NCBI GenBank assembly: GCA_047638695.1
Contig: JBLINY010000002.1
Location: 11 to 64,010, forward strand
From: Acidimicrobiales bacterium
GTDB taxonomy: Bacteria; Actinomycetota; Acidimicrobiia; Acidimicrobiales; SZUA-35
Direction of reading: 5' to 3'
DNA length: 64,000 nucleotides
Below the pieces are notes generated by a model. The model had not been told where the DNA came from, made no database searches, and saw only the letters and a program-made list of their open reading frames with translations. Below, piece after piece: positions 21,319-30,803 of the stretch. Numbering within the stretch: position 1 is the first letter of the stretch; every line of letters begins with the position of its first letter. Both the position numbers and the translations under genes were made by a program.

Positions 21319-22464
21319 CTAGCCGGGCACCCGCAGTCTGAACAGTGACATGCCATCGGTCTCGGCCGGCAAGACATGACCGACTGCGCCACGGGACAAC
21401 CACGGGCCTTCGGGCACGGGGAGCATCTCGACCGCTGGTCGCAGTTGGCGGACGGTGCCGAGGACACCAGTGGTTTCGGCGTTCGTGAGCGTGCACACGC
21501 TGTAAGTCAGTTCGCCGCCTGGCCGTAGGAGCTCGAGGCCAGCGACAACCAGCCTGACCTGCAGTTCTGCCAACCGAGCGGGAGCTTCGGCATCGATTCG
21601 CCACCTGGCATCGGGGCGTCGCCTCAGGCTTCCCAATCCTGAACACGGCGCGTCGATCAGCACTTTGTCGAAGGCGCCGGGTCGAAGTGGCGGCGCCGCA
21701 CCGTCGGCGATGATGACGGGAAGTCGTTGCTCGAGTCTTGCCGCGTTGCGGGCGATCAGCTTGGCCCGGTTCGGACGCAGATCGGCGGCGATAACGATGG
21801 CGCCGGCTGCGTTAAGCGAGGTCGCCTTTCCTCCCGGTGCCGCACACACATCGACTAATCGCTCGCCCGCTTTGACGTCGAGTGCATCAGTCACCAGCTG
21901 CGAAGCCGGATCTTGGATATAGCCGTCGTCGCGTGTGTGAACGGTTGCTGCATCGTTCATCGACTCGAGTGCATCGGTTGCTTGCGCCAGGTCGAGATCA
22001 TGGCCGAGGGTCTTCACGATCCAGTCGGGGTAGCTCAGCCGGGTGGCCTCGTTTGGCCACTCGACCTCGGCGCTGGCGACGCGCCGGAGGACTGCGTTCA
22101 CAACGCTGCGGCCGCGGCCGCGCACCGCGCCCACCGTCGCCGCTACCGCCGCATGCGGCGGCGTCCTCATGAAGTGCAGCTGATACGCGCCCAGCCGTAG
22201 CCCAGCACGCACCTCAGGTTCAACGTCGTCGAGCACGAACCGGTCGACCAGGAAATCACAGGCCCGACGCATTCGAGTGGTTCCGTAGACCAACTCGGTC
22301 ACAAGTCGCCGATCGCGATCGGCGAGCTTCGATCGATCGAGCATCGGGGGCAACACCAGATTGGCATACGCGCCGTCAGTTTCGATTCGAAGAAGCGCCC
22401 GGATTGCTAGTTCTCTGGCGGCAACGCCGTCAGTTGAGTCGCTCATCGGACTCCATCTGGGCAC
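21319..22464 (-). CDS. rsmB: 16S rRNA (cytosine-C5)-methyltransferase RsmB/Sun family
   Basis: 381 aa with DVCAAPGGKAT and DAPCSGLG motifs. Lies downstream of fmt. An alternative start is at 22446. Confidence 0.88.
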   Translation of the reverse strand: MPRWSPMSDSTDGVAARELAIRALLRIETDGAYANLVLPPMLDRSKLADRDRRLVTELVYGTTRMRRACDFLVDRFVLDDVEPEVRAGLRLGAYQLHFMRTPPHAAVAATVGAVRGRGRSVVNAVLRRVASAEVEWPNEATRLSYPDWIVKTLGHDLDLAQATDALESMNDAATVHTRDDGYIQDPASQLVTDALDVKAGERLVDVCAAPGGKATSLNAAGAIVIAADLRPNRAKLIARNAARLEQRLPVIIADGAAPPLRPGAFDKVLIDAPCSGLGSLRRRPDARWRIDAEAPARLAELQVRLVVAGLELLRPGGELTYSVCTLTNAETTGVLGTVRQLRPAVEMLPVPEGPWLSRGAVGHVLPAETDGMSLFRLRVPG

Positions 22465-23314
22465 CGTTCAACCATGCCTGAGCTGTCATTTGTTGTTTAC
22501 CTTCCGGCTGCACGTTGATGAGTTCGAGTCCACCCTGCCCGGTGCCGAGCACACTGTCGACGACGACCCCCGGTGCTGGGCCATCGGCAACTGGCTCGGC
22601 CTCCCACAGTCGAAGCCGTTTGCCCCGAAACTCAAGCCACGCGCCACCCAAGCGGATGACTCGATGCAGCTCGTCGGCCGACTTGTCGAGATCGAGCCGC
22701 AGCTCGTCGCTTCGAATTTTCTTGGCCACGACGACTTCGCCGACCTGAGGAGCGGCAGGGCCGAGACCATTGGCCAGAGCTTCGAGTAGCAGCGATGTGC
22801 CAATGTCGACCAGCTCGTTCCGAAGGCCATCGAGCGTGGCCGTCGATGCGATGGGGACCTCGGCCACCCGGTAGATGCCACCGGCGTCGAGCTCCTCTGC
22901 CAGTTCCATCAGGCATACACCGGTGGTTTCGTCACCGGCCAAGATCGCCCGTTCGACCGGGGCCGCACCCCGCCAACGAGGCAACAGCGAGAAGTGAAGG
23001 TTGACCATCGGCACCTGTTCGAGCACGTGGCGTTTGATCAGGCGACCGAACGCCACCACCACCGCTAGGTCCGCGTCGACCTCGAGAACGTCATCGACCT
23101 CGTCCGTGACCGTAAGCCCCAGCTCAACAGCAGCCGCTTTCACTGGCGATGGCATCAGAGACTTGCCTCGCCCGCGGCGCCGGTCCGGTTGCGATACGAC
23201 GAGGGGTATTTCGTAGCCGGCCTCGTGGAGCGCCATCAATGAAGGCACAGCCAGCTGGGGGGTACCCATGTAGACCAACCGGCGAGGGTGGGCTGGAGGT
23301 TCGGCCAGGCTCAA
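22430..23314 (-). CDS. fmt: methionyl-tRNA formyltransferase
   Basis: 294 aa with NLHFSLLPRWRGAAPVERAI. Forms def-fmt synteny. Confidence 0.96.
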   Translation of the reverse strand: MSLAEPPAHPRRLVYMGTPQLAVPSLMALHEAGYEIPLVVSQPDRRRGRGKSLMPSPVKAAAVELGLTVTDEVDDVLEVDADLAVVVAFGRLIKRHVLEQVPMVNLHFSLLPRWRGAAPVERAILAGDETTGVCLMELAEELDAGGIYRVAEVPIASTATLDGLRNELVDIGTSLLLEALANGLGPAAPQVGEVVVAKKIRSDELRLDLDKSADELHRVIRLGGAWLEFRGKRLRLWEAEPVADGPAPGVVVDSVLGTGQGGLELINVQPEGKQQMTAQAWLNGAQMESDERLN

Positions 23315-23345
23315 GGGAGAAACACGATCGCTGGAGAAGCGTCGG

Positions 23346-23894
23346 TCAAGGGAGGGTCAACCCACCGATGGGGTTAGCAGGCGCTGCTGCTTCCTGAGCA
23401 TCAAGAAAACGCTCGCGCAGCGTACGCATCGCTGCCTTGCGGGTGTCTTCGTCGAGGCGATCGACCAGCAGAACGCCATCGAGGTGATCCAATTCGTGCT
23501 GGAAGAGTCGGGCCTCGAGCTCATCGGCCTCAATCGAAACTTCGTTGCCATCGAGGTCGTAGCCGGTGATATGGATCAGCTTTGGACGCACGATGTCCCA
23601 GTGGAGGCCGGGAACCGACAGGCATCCTTCCTCGTACACCCACTCGCCGTCCGATTCCTGGACGACGGGGTTGATGAGGACTCGAGGGTCATCGCCGAGG
23701 TCGTAGACAAAGAAGCGACGTTGTACGCCGACCTGGGGTGCAGCCAGGCCGATGCCCGGCTCGTCGTACATGGTCTGCAACATGTCCTCGGCCAGCTTGG
23801 CCAGTTTGCCGTCGATGTCGCCGACATCATCGGCCACCTGCCGGAGGACCGGATCGCCGAAGACGCGAATCTGGTAGGGGGACGCCATGATCAC
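23346..23894 (-). CDS. def: peptide deformylase
   Basis: 182 aa with GIGLAAPQVG, EGCLS and HELDHLDG motifs. Confidence 0.96.
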   Translation of the reverse strand: MIMASPYQIRVFGDPVLRQVADDVGDIDGKLAKLAEDMLQTMYDEPGIGLAAPQVGVQRRFFVYDLGDDPRVLINPVVQESDGEWVYEEGCLSVPGLHWDIVRPKLIHITGYDLDGNEVSIEADELEARLFQHELDHLDGVLLVDRLDEDTRKAAMRTLRERFLDAQEAAAPANPIGGLTLP

Positions 23895-24585
23895 TAAGGC
23901 TAGCGTTGTCGTCTCAGTGGCCCGCTCCCAAGAATCTTCATCAACAGAATCCTCGTCAACAGAGCTCTCGGCTCCATCACCCGAGCCTTCGGCTCAGTAC
24001 TTTGATGCCGAGCCGACCGTGCAGTCAGAACGCAAACAGGTGGAGCTGACACTGCCCGATCTGCAGCTTTCGTTCACGACCGATCGCGGCGTGTTCAGCG
24101 CTGGGGGCGTCGACTCTGGAACGAAGCTGCTGTTGCTCGATGGCCCCGGACCGATCACCAGCGATCGCGTCTTGGTCGATGTCGGAGCTGGCTACGGCCC
24201 AATTGCCCTGGCCTTGGCCAAGCGGAATCCCGATGCCCAGGTATGGGCGGTGGAGGTCAACGGTCGGGCTCGGGATCTGTGTGCGGAGAATGCTGAGGCC
24301 AATGGCCTGGCGAATGTGCGGGTGGTATCACCGGACGATGTGCCCGATGATTTGCTAGTCGACCGCCTTTGGTCGAATCCTCCGGTCCGAGTTGGGAAAG
24401 CGGCGATGCACGAACTCCTCGATGGATGGCTGGCGCGACTCTCCCCCACCGGTTCAGCTCATCTGGTTGTACAAAAGCACCTCGGAGCCGACAGCCTTCA
24501 CAAACGACTGGAAGGCCTGGGGTGGGATGTCAACCGTCGGGCGTCTAGGAAATCGTTCAGACTCCTGGATGTGATGCACCGATGA
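23887..24585 (+). CDS. class I SAM-dependent methyltransferase (RsmC/MTS small-domain type)
   Basis: VLVDVGAGYGPIAL and SNPPVRVG motifs. The start is uncertain because the track start overlaps the divergent def start. GTG at 23917 is an alternative. Confidence 0.8.
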   Translation: MITKASVVVSVARSQESSSTESSSTELSAPSPEPSAQYFDAEPTVQSERKQVELTLPDLQLSFTTDRGVFSAGGVDSGTKLLLLDGPGPITSDRVLVDVGAGYGPIALALAKRNPDAQVWAVEVNGRARDLCAENAEANGLANVRVVSPDDVPDDLLVDRLWSNPPVRVGKAAMHELLDGWLARLSPTGSAHLVVQKHLGADSLHKRLEGLGWDVNRRASRKSFRLLDVMHR

Positions 24586-25115
24586 GCAAGTCGCTTTCTC
24601 CTACCGAACTGAAGCGCCTGCACCGCGAATGGCGGCGCAAGACAGACCTGAACCTGGGCCTGATCCTCGACGGAGTTCAGAATCCATTCAATGTCGGGTC
24701 ACTTTTCCGCTCAGCGGCGGCCTACAAGGTCGAACGGATGTGGTTGGCTCCGCCAACGCCGGATCCTGCCACGGCCAAGGTGGCGAAGACGGCGTTGGGT
24801 TGCGAGAAGCTCATCCCGTGGGAGATCACAGTCGACGGCGTCACCGCGGTGAAGGAGGCAAAAGCCGCTGGCTACCTGACGGTCGCCATAGAGCTGACCG
24901 ACACCGCAGTTCCGCTGTTCGCCATGGACCTTGGGGCGAAGGTCTGCCTTGTGCTCGGTCATGAGGACCGAGGTGTTCGCAAAGACACGCTGGCGGCCGT
25001 CGACCGGGTCGGCTTCCTCCCCCAGCTGGGCAAGGTCGGGTCGTTGAACGTCGCCCAGGCCGGCACGGCGGCGCTGTACGAGACGGCGCGGCAGCGCTGG
25101 TCGGCCGACTTGTAG
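24582..25115 (+). CDS. TrmH/SpoU-family RNA methyltransferase
   Basis: 177 aa with NPFNVGSLFRSAAAY, VLGHEDRGV and GSLNVAQAG motifs. Confidence 0.85.
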   Translation: MSKSLSPTELKRLHREWRRKTDLNLGLILDGVQNPFNVGSLFRSAAAYKVERMWLAPPTPDPATAKVAKTALGCEKLIPWEITVDGVTAVKEAKAAGYLTVAIELTDTAVPLFAMDLGAKVCLVLGHEDRGVRKDTLAAVDRVGFLPQLGKVGSLNVAQAGTAALYETARQRWSADL

Positions 25116-25151
25116 GTCACGCCTCCTTCGAGGACGACATCTCGATGACGC

Positions 25152-26297
25152 CTAGTTTTTGGCCTCGACCAGCCGCCAGTCGTCCGAGCCCGGCGCATAA
25201 CGATCGCGGAAGTCTGGATCGTACGCGTCGGCCAATCGTTGGGCCTCGGTGCTGCCCGCCCGGTAGGCCTCGATCAGTTCATCCTCAGCCTGGTAGTCGA
25301 AGGGGTCTTGGAGCCGCATCTCAGTGATGCTGTTTCGCTCAATAGGATTGTCGAACAGGTCGCGGGCGGTGATGGCCAAAGCTTCGACGGCGGGCACCGG
25401 ATCGCGATATCCGAGGTCAAAGCGAATGGCGTCTATACCCATCAGCTGATGCAGCGTGTGCTCGGCGCTCAGGAACGGCCGGGCCGGCGTTGCCAATTCG
25501 CCTGGCAAGCTCACGATCTCCATTTCAACGTCGAGTGCCTTGGCCAGAACCTGGATGGTTTGGGTCGCCGTCAGGCAGTGCTCGTCAGCAACGTTGTAGG
25601 TCTTGCCTGCCGACTCGGCCGGCCGGCCGGCGACGAGCGAAAGCGCGTGGCCGACATTCGGCCCGTAACCGGCGGTGCGAAGCGTCAGGCCCCCGTCAGC
25701 CACGATCACTCGGCGTCTACCGTCGATGATGCGCTTGACGATCAGCCACTCGCGCGGGTTGATCTGGCCCGGGCCGTAGATCAGCGGATAGCGGAACATG
25801 GTGGCGTCGGGGTGATGTTCGAAGACCAGGTCTTCGCTGGCCACCATCTTGGCTGTCTTCTCGTTCTCCTGAATTCCTGAGCGCTGGGCATCTTCCCTGG
25901 TGGGGGCGGGCAGACCGGGCGGCCAGAGCAAGTCAGGAACAGCGAACCCGAGATAGGAAGGCACGCCACCGACGGCAACAAACTTGCCGGTGCGGCCGGC
26001 AAACCAGGGGGCGATGTCACGCAGGCGGCCGTACATCGCATAGACGATGTCAAAGGTGCGATCGCCAACGGTCGCTGCCAGCTCTTCGATCTTGAACGGG
26101 TTGGTGTGCAGATGCTCGACGTGCGCAGGGATGGCATCGACTTCATGGCGTCCGGTGTGCAGGATGGTGACGGTGTAACCCTGGTCAATGAGGCCGTTCA
26201 CCAAACTGGGCCCGGTGGGACCGGTTCCACCGATCACTAAGGCGGTGGGTCCTGCTGAGGAGCCCGCAGCTGACGGGCCTGTCGTTGAAGTTGTCAC
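25152..26297 (-). CDS. NAD-dependent epimerase/dehydratase family protein
   Basis: Rossmann motif ALVIGGTGPTG near the N-terminus. The track ORF runs to 26666, but that extension overlaps a convincing membrane protein on the plus strand. In-frame GTG at 26297 is preferred. Confidence 0.8.
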   Translation of the reverse strand: MTTSTTGPSAAGSSAGPTALVIGGTGPTGPSLVNGLIDQGYTVTILHTGRHEVDAIPAHVEHLHTNPFKIEELAATVGDRTFDIVYAMYGRLRDIAPWFAGRTGKFVAVGGVPSYLGFAVPDLLWPPGLPAPTREDAQRSGIQENEKTAKMVASEDLVFEHHPDATMFRYPLIYGPGQINPREWLIVKRIIDGRRRVIVADGGLTLRTAGYGPNVGHALSLVAGRPAESAGKTYNVADEHCLTATQTIQVLAKALDVEMEIVSLPGELATPARPFLSAEHTLHQLMGIDAIRFDLGYRDPVPAVEALAITARDLFDNPIERNSITEMRLQDPFDYQAEDELIEAYRAGSTEAQRLADAYDPDFRDRYAPGSDDWRLVEAKN

Positions 26298-26349
26298 ACC
26301 AGGACACTTTCGCAGATGGCGATTGGCGTCAATCGCCGGGTCGGCCGCG

Positions 26350-27606
26350 ATGTACTCTTCGCTCGTGCGCAGGTTCGACTCGTTCCTCCATCCTGCGTTC
26401 ACCGGTGCGGTAGCGGTACTCGCGGTGAACGACCATCTACTGAAGGCGGCATGGCCCGGCCTGGTGACCGGCAAGCTCAGCGACGTCGCCGGCGTCTTCG
26501 TTGTCGCCATCGTCAGCTCGGTCTTGCTGAACAATCGGGTGGCGGGACTGACGCTGACCATCATCGGGTTCGGCGCTCTCAAGACTGCGCCAGCCGTGGC
26601 GTTCGCCGCTGCACCGCTGCTTGGAGGGGTCACCAGGACCGACCCGACCGACCTCGTAGCTCTCATGATGGTCGTGCCCTCCTACTTCTTTCTCGGTCGA
26701 GATGTTGATTGTGGGCCAAATCGTGTCGAGCCAACGACTGGCTTGAGACCAGCGGCGCTCGTTGTCGTCGCCGCCGTCACGCTCGTCACGACCACCGCGA
26801 CGAGCTGCGACAGCTACCAGACCGGTGTCGAGGCCATCGAACAAGGCCCGAATGCCCTGGTTGCCTATACCGGCGGGGTTCGCTTCACCTCCGACGATGG
26901 TGGTCGGACGTGGAGTCCGGCCTCGGCAGGTGAAAGCCGCATCAGGACCGAACACAACGTGCAGCACGAGGCGTGCCTACGCGATGGCCGGTGCTTTCGA
27001 GTCGTCGACAACGATCGGGTCGAGGAGCGAGCTGATGACCAATGGGTCACCGCGTTCCGCTACACCGACGAAGAGGTCGGACGCATGCGACTGAGAGCCA
27101 ACAGCTGCGACCAACTCGGCAGCGTCGAAGGCATGTTTTCCTCCGTAACGGTGGCCGAACTCGATGGTTCCGAAATCGTGCTGGTCGTCATGGACCGTCA
27201 GGGCGTCCTTCGGCTCGACCCTGCGACATCAACATGGACACGCCATGGCATCGGCATCTTTCGCCCGCCCAGCCTTTGGGGTCCACGGTGGCTCCGCTCA
27301 CTGGTGTACCTGCCGTGGTCACTCTTGCTGTTCGGTCCTCTCCTTCTGCTGATCAACCGGGGCAGGAGTGTGTCGCTCGTCCGGCGCGGCAGCGCCGCCG
27401 CCATCGCCGTCGTTCTAGGGATCGGGTGCGGGGTCGCCTTCTTCGTTCTGAGCGTTTCGACGATTGACTATGCGCAGCTCGGTCTCGCGGCGACTGCCAT
27501 GACCGTCATCATCTTCGTCGGCTCGGTGTTGATCGTCTTGCCGAAGGGGCGACCGAAGCCGGCCCCACCTCCTCCTCGAACGCCGCCACCGCCGGCACGG
27601 CACTAG
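26350..27606 (+). CDS. hypothetical polytopic membrane protein with an Asp-box (BNR) motif and a proline-rich tail
   Basis: ATG at 26350 (MYSSLVRRFDSFLHPAF...). It has several N-terminal TM helices and a soluble middle region containing SDDGGRTWSP. C-terminal TM helices follow, then PKGRPKPAPPPPRTPPPPARH. Confidence 0.6.
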   Translation: MYSSLVRRFDSFLHPAFTGAVAVLAVNDHLLKAAWPGLVTGKLSDVAGVFVVAIVSSVLLNNRVAGLTLTIIGFGALKTAPAVAFAAAPLLGGVTRTDPTDLVALMMVVPSYFFLGRDVDCGPNRVEPTTGLRPAALVVVAAVTLVTTTATSCDSYQTGVEAIEQGPNALVAYTGGVRFTSDDGGRTWSPASAGESRIRTEHNVQHEACLRDGRCFRVVDNDRVEERADDQWVTAFRYTDEEVGRMRLRANSCDQLGSVEGMFSSVTVAELDGSEIVLVVMDRQGVLRLDPATSTWTRHGIGIFRPPSLWGPRWLRSLVYLPWSLLLFGPLLLLINRGRSVSLVRRGSAAAIAVVLGIGCGVAFFVLSVSTIDYAQLGLAATAMTVIIFVGSVLIVLPKGRPKPAPPPPRTPPPPARH

Positions 27607-27680
27607 ACACAGCTCGCTTGCCCATCAGGCTTGCGAATCAGACAGCGAGGCACCGCATTCGCTAAGGTCCTGCAGCACTA

Positions 27681-28985
27681 ATGAGACGGAACTTGTTGCG
27701 CACGGTCATCCTCGTTTTCAGCGGGCTCACCGTTGCGCTCGCGGCGCTTGTTCTGTCCACATCTCCAGTCGATGCTCAGGACGGCAACAGCAGCGTCAAG
27801 GGACAGCTCGAGGCAATCGATGCCGCAATCCGAGAACCTGTGGAGGGTGTCCTCATCGTCGTCGAGCAGGACGGAGTCGAGGTCGGCACTGCGAACTCGG
27901 CGGCCGACGGGTCTTGGGAGATTCCGGTACCGGCCGGTGGCGTCTATCAGGTCACGCTCGACGTCGACTCGCTGCCCGATGGGGTTGCGCCCACCGACCC
28001 CGCAACGATGAGCCTGGATGATGTCAGCGTCCGCGACGGTCAGAACAAGACGGTGCGGTTCAATCTTGGCGCAGGTGTCACCTCGGCGGTGAGCGAGTTC
28101 GAGCGTTTCAAGGATCTCGTCATCGTTGGCTTAAAACTCGGTGCGATCATTGCACTGGCCGCCGTTGGGCTGTCCCTCGTCTTCGGTGTCACTGGGTTGG
28201 TCAACTTCGCACACGGCGAGCTGATCACGCTCGGGGCGGTCCTCGCCTATTTCTTTCACGTCTCTGACTCGGGACCTGGCTGGCCGCTTCTGGTGGCTGC
28301 CATACCGGCCATGATCCTGACTGCGGGCTTCGGCGCGGCCAACGACCTCGCTCTATGGCGGCCGCTTCGCCGACGTCAAACCGGAGCGGTGGCCATGCTG
28401 GTCATCTCGATCGGTTTGTCTTTCGCTGTTCGCAATCTCGTCCTCGTGATCTTCGGCGGCGAGCCACGGAATTACGACGACTTTCTCATTCAGGACGAAT
28501 GGTCCTTTCTCGGCTTCTCGACACCGCCCAAGAATCTCATCATCATCGGCACTGCGGTGGTGATTCTCGGAGCTGTGGGCTTGTTCCTCCAGCGCACCCG
28601 AGCCGGTGTGGCGGTCCGTGCTGTGGCCGACAACAAGGACTTGGCCGAATCTTCGGGCATCGACGTAAATCGGGTGATCCTCATCACCTGGGTGCTGGGC
28701 GCAGGCCTGGCGAGTCTCAGTGGGATCTTCCTAGGGGTCTCGGAGCAGATCCAGTGGGACGCAGGATTCAAGATCTTGCTGTTGATCTTCGCTGCCGTCG
28801 TGCTTGGCGGTCTTGGTACCGCGTTCGGGGCCATGCTCGGGGGTTTTGTCATCGGCTTGTCGGTTGAGGTCAGCACGTTCTGGATCCCCACCGAACTCAA
28901 GAACGCGGTAGCACTGGGCCTACTTATCATCATGTTGCTGTGGCGGCCCCAAGGGTTGCTCGGAACGCGAGAGAGGATCGGCTGA
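27681..28985 (+). CDS. livH: branched-chain amino acid ABC transporter permease (LivH type) with an N-terminal secreted beta-sandwich-like extension
   Basis: 434 aa. The C-terminal 300 aa are typical LivH. The first 130 aa or so carry a signal peptide and VEGVLIVVEQDGVEVGTANSAADGSWEIPVPAGGVYQVTLD. Confidence 0.9.
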   Translation: MRRNLLRTVILVFSGLTVALAALVLSTSPVDAQDGNSSVKGQLEAIDAAIREPVEGVLIVVEQDGVEVGTANSAADGSWEIPVPAGGVYQVTLDVDSLPDGVAPTDPATMSLDDVSVRDGQNKTVRFNLGAGVTSAVSEFERFKDLVIVGLKLGAIIALAAVGLSLVFGVTGLVNFAHGELITLGAVLAYFFHVSDSGPGWPLLVAAIPAMILTAGFGAANDLALWRPLRRRQTGAVAMLVISIGLSFAVRNLVLVIFGGEPRNYDDFLIQDEWSFLGFSTPPKNLIIIGTAVVILGAVGLFLQRTRAGVAVRAVADNKDLAESSGIDVNRVILITWVLGAGLASLSGIFLGVSEQIQWDAGFKILLLIFAAVVLGGLGTAFGAMLGGFVIGLSVEVSTFWIPTELKNAVALGLLIIMLLWRPQGLLGTRERIG

Positions 28986-29974
28986 TGGATTGGGCAGAGA
29001 TACTCATCGATGCGTCCGTTGCCGCCATTGGACCGGTTGCCGCTGCCTACGCGCTGGCCGCGCTCGGGCTCAACCTTCAGTTCGGGTATACCGGGCTGCT
29101 CAACTTCGGCCATGTCGCCTTCATGTTGATGGGTGCATACGGTCTGGCGGTCACCGTGGAGGCCGGAGGATCATTCTGGCTGGGCCTGTTTGTCGGTGTC
29201 GTCGCCGCCATGACGCTCGGGGTCGTCATGGGCGGCCCGACACTGCGTTTGCGGGCTGACTACCTCGCCATCGTCACGATCTCGGCGGCTGAAATACTGC
29301 GTTTGGTCGTCAGGTCGAGTTGGGCCGAGCCGGTGACGAACGGCGTTTTCGGTATTCAGCAGTTTGCTGGTGACTTCTTCGACCTCAATCCCTTCGGGCC
29401 CAACGAACGATACGGGTTCGGTGATTTCCGCTTTCAAGGACGCACCTTGTGGGTGATGGTGGTCGGTTGGGTTTTGGTCGCACTTTCCACATTCCTGCTG
29501 TGGAGGCTGATCAAGAGCCCCTGGGGCCGGGCCCTTCGCTCCGTACGCGAAGACGAGGATGCGGCGCGGTCCGTCGGAAAGAACGTCTTCTTACTCAAAC
29601 TCCAAAGCCTCATGATCGGCGGCGCCCTCGGCGGCATGGCTGGCATGCTCCTGGTAATCGAACAACAGAGTGCAACCCCGGACGGCTTCCTTCCCAGAAT
29701 CACCTTCTTCCTCTACGTGATCGTGATCCTGGGCGGCGCCGGAACAATCTACGGCCCGGTTATTGGCGCAGTGATGTTCCAGTTCCTGCTGTTCTTCTTC
29801 GATGGTTTCATGACCCAGGCCCAGGCCCAGGGCTGGTTTGGTGATGCGCTCGACTCCACCGATGCCCAGCAGGTGAAACTCGTTCTCGTGGGGTTTGGTC
29901 TCATGGCCCTCATGACACTTCGGCCGCAGGGCGTCTTCGGCGACCGCTCCGAACAGCTCGTCGGAGAACGGTGA
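28985..29974 (+). CDS. livM: branched-chain amino acid ABC transporter permease (LivM type)
   Basis: ATG at 28985 overlaps the livH stop (ATGA). Sequence MDWAEILIDASV...GLNLQFGYTGLLNFGHVAF. Confidence 0.9.
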   Translation: MDWAEILIDASVAAIGPVAAAYALAALGLNLQFGYTGLLNFGHVAFMLMGAYGLAVTVEAGGSFWLGLFVGVVAAMTLGVVMGGPTLRLRADYLAIVTISAAEILRLVVRSSWAEPVTNGVFGIQQFAGDFFDLNPFGPNERYGFGDFRFQGRTLWVMVVGWVLVALSTFLLWRLIKSPWGRALRSVREDEDAARSVGKNVFLLKLQSLMIGGALGGMAGMLLVIEQQSATPDGFLPRITFFLYVIVILGGAGTIYGPVIGAVMFQFLLFFFDGFMTQAQAQGWFGDALDSTDAQQVKLVLVGFGLMALMTLRPQGVFGDRSEQLVGER

Positions 29975-29981
29975 ACTGACC

Positions 29982-30803
29982 ATGGAAGCTCTCGACCACG
30001 TCGCTCCCGAACCCGGTATTCCCAAGCCCGATCCGATTCTTACCGTGAGCGACCTGACGCGCACGTTCGGTGGGCTGCGCGCCGTCGACGTCCGTCATCT
30101 CGAAATTCAGCGGGGCACGATCACCTCGCTGATTGGCCCCAACGGCGCTGGGAAGACCACCTTCTTCAACCTGCTGACCGGCTTCGACGACGTTGATAGC
30201 GGCTCGTGGACGCTCGATGGCAACGGGCTGGCAGGCGTTCCCGCCTATCAGATCGCGCGGAAAGGCATGGTGAGAACGTTCCAGCTGACCAAGACGCTCG
30301 CACGGCTCACCGTCCTCGAAAACGTCATGCTGGCGGCGCAAGGCAACCGCGGCGAGACGCTGATCGGTGCAATCTTTGGTGGCTGGCGCCAGCATGAAGC
30401 GGAGATCGAAGCCCGGGCCCGTGAGCTGCTGGACCGATTCGGGCTCACGCACATGACCGAGGAATACGGTGGCTCGTTGTCTGGCGGGCAGCGCAAACTG
30501 GTCGAGATGGCCCGGGCGTTGATGGTGGAACCCGAGGTCGTGATGCTCGATGAACCCATGGCGGGCGTCAATCCCGCTCTCACCCAATCGATCCTCGAGC
30601 ATGTCAAGGCGCTACGGGACGACGATGGGCGAACGGTGATCTTCATCGAACATGACATGGCCGTTGTGCAAGAAATCAGCGACTGGGTCGTGGTGCTGGG
30701 TGAGGGTGCCGTGATCGCGGAGGGTCGTCCGGAACATGTGGCCGCAGATCCCAAGGTGATCGACGCGTACCTCGGATCGAACCTCGCCGGCGACAGCCAA
30801 TGA
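29982..30803 (+). CDS. livG: ABC transporter ATP-binding protein (LivG type)
   Basis: Walker A GPNGAGKTT, signature LSGGQRK and Walker B VVMLDEP. Confidence 0.93.
   Translation: MEALDHVAPEPGIPKPDPILTVSDLTRTFGGLRAVDVRHLEIQRGTITSLIGPNGAGKTTFFNLLTGFDDVDSGSWTLDGNGLAGVPAYQIARKGMVRTFQLTKTLARLTVLENVMLAAQGNRGETLIGAIFGGWRQHEAEIEARARELLDRFGLTHMTEEYGGSLSGGQRKLVEMARALMVEPEVVMLDEPMAGVNPALTQSILEHVKALRDDDGRTVIFIEHDMAVVQEISDWVVVLGEGAVIAEGRPEHVAADPKVIDAYLGSNLAGDSQ

Noticed and set aside
25152-26666. Full 504 aa extent of the epimerase ORF
   Set aside because: The N-terminal 120 codons or so are low complexity and overlap a convincing plus-strand membrane protein. The Rossmann motif sits right after the in-frame GTG at 26297.
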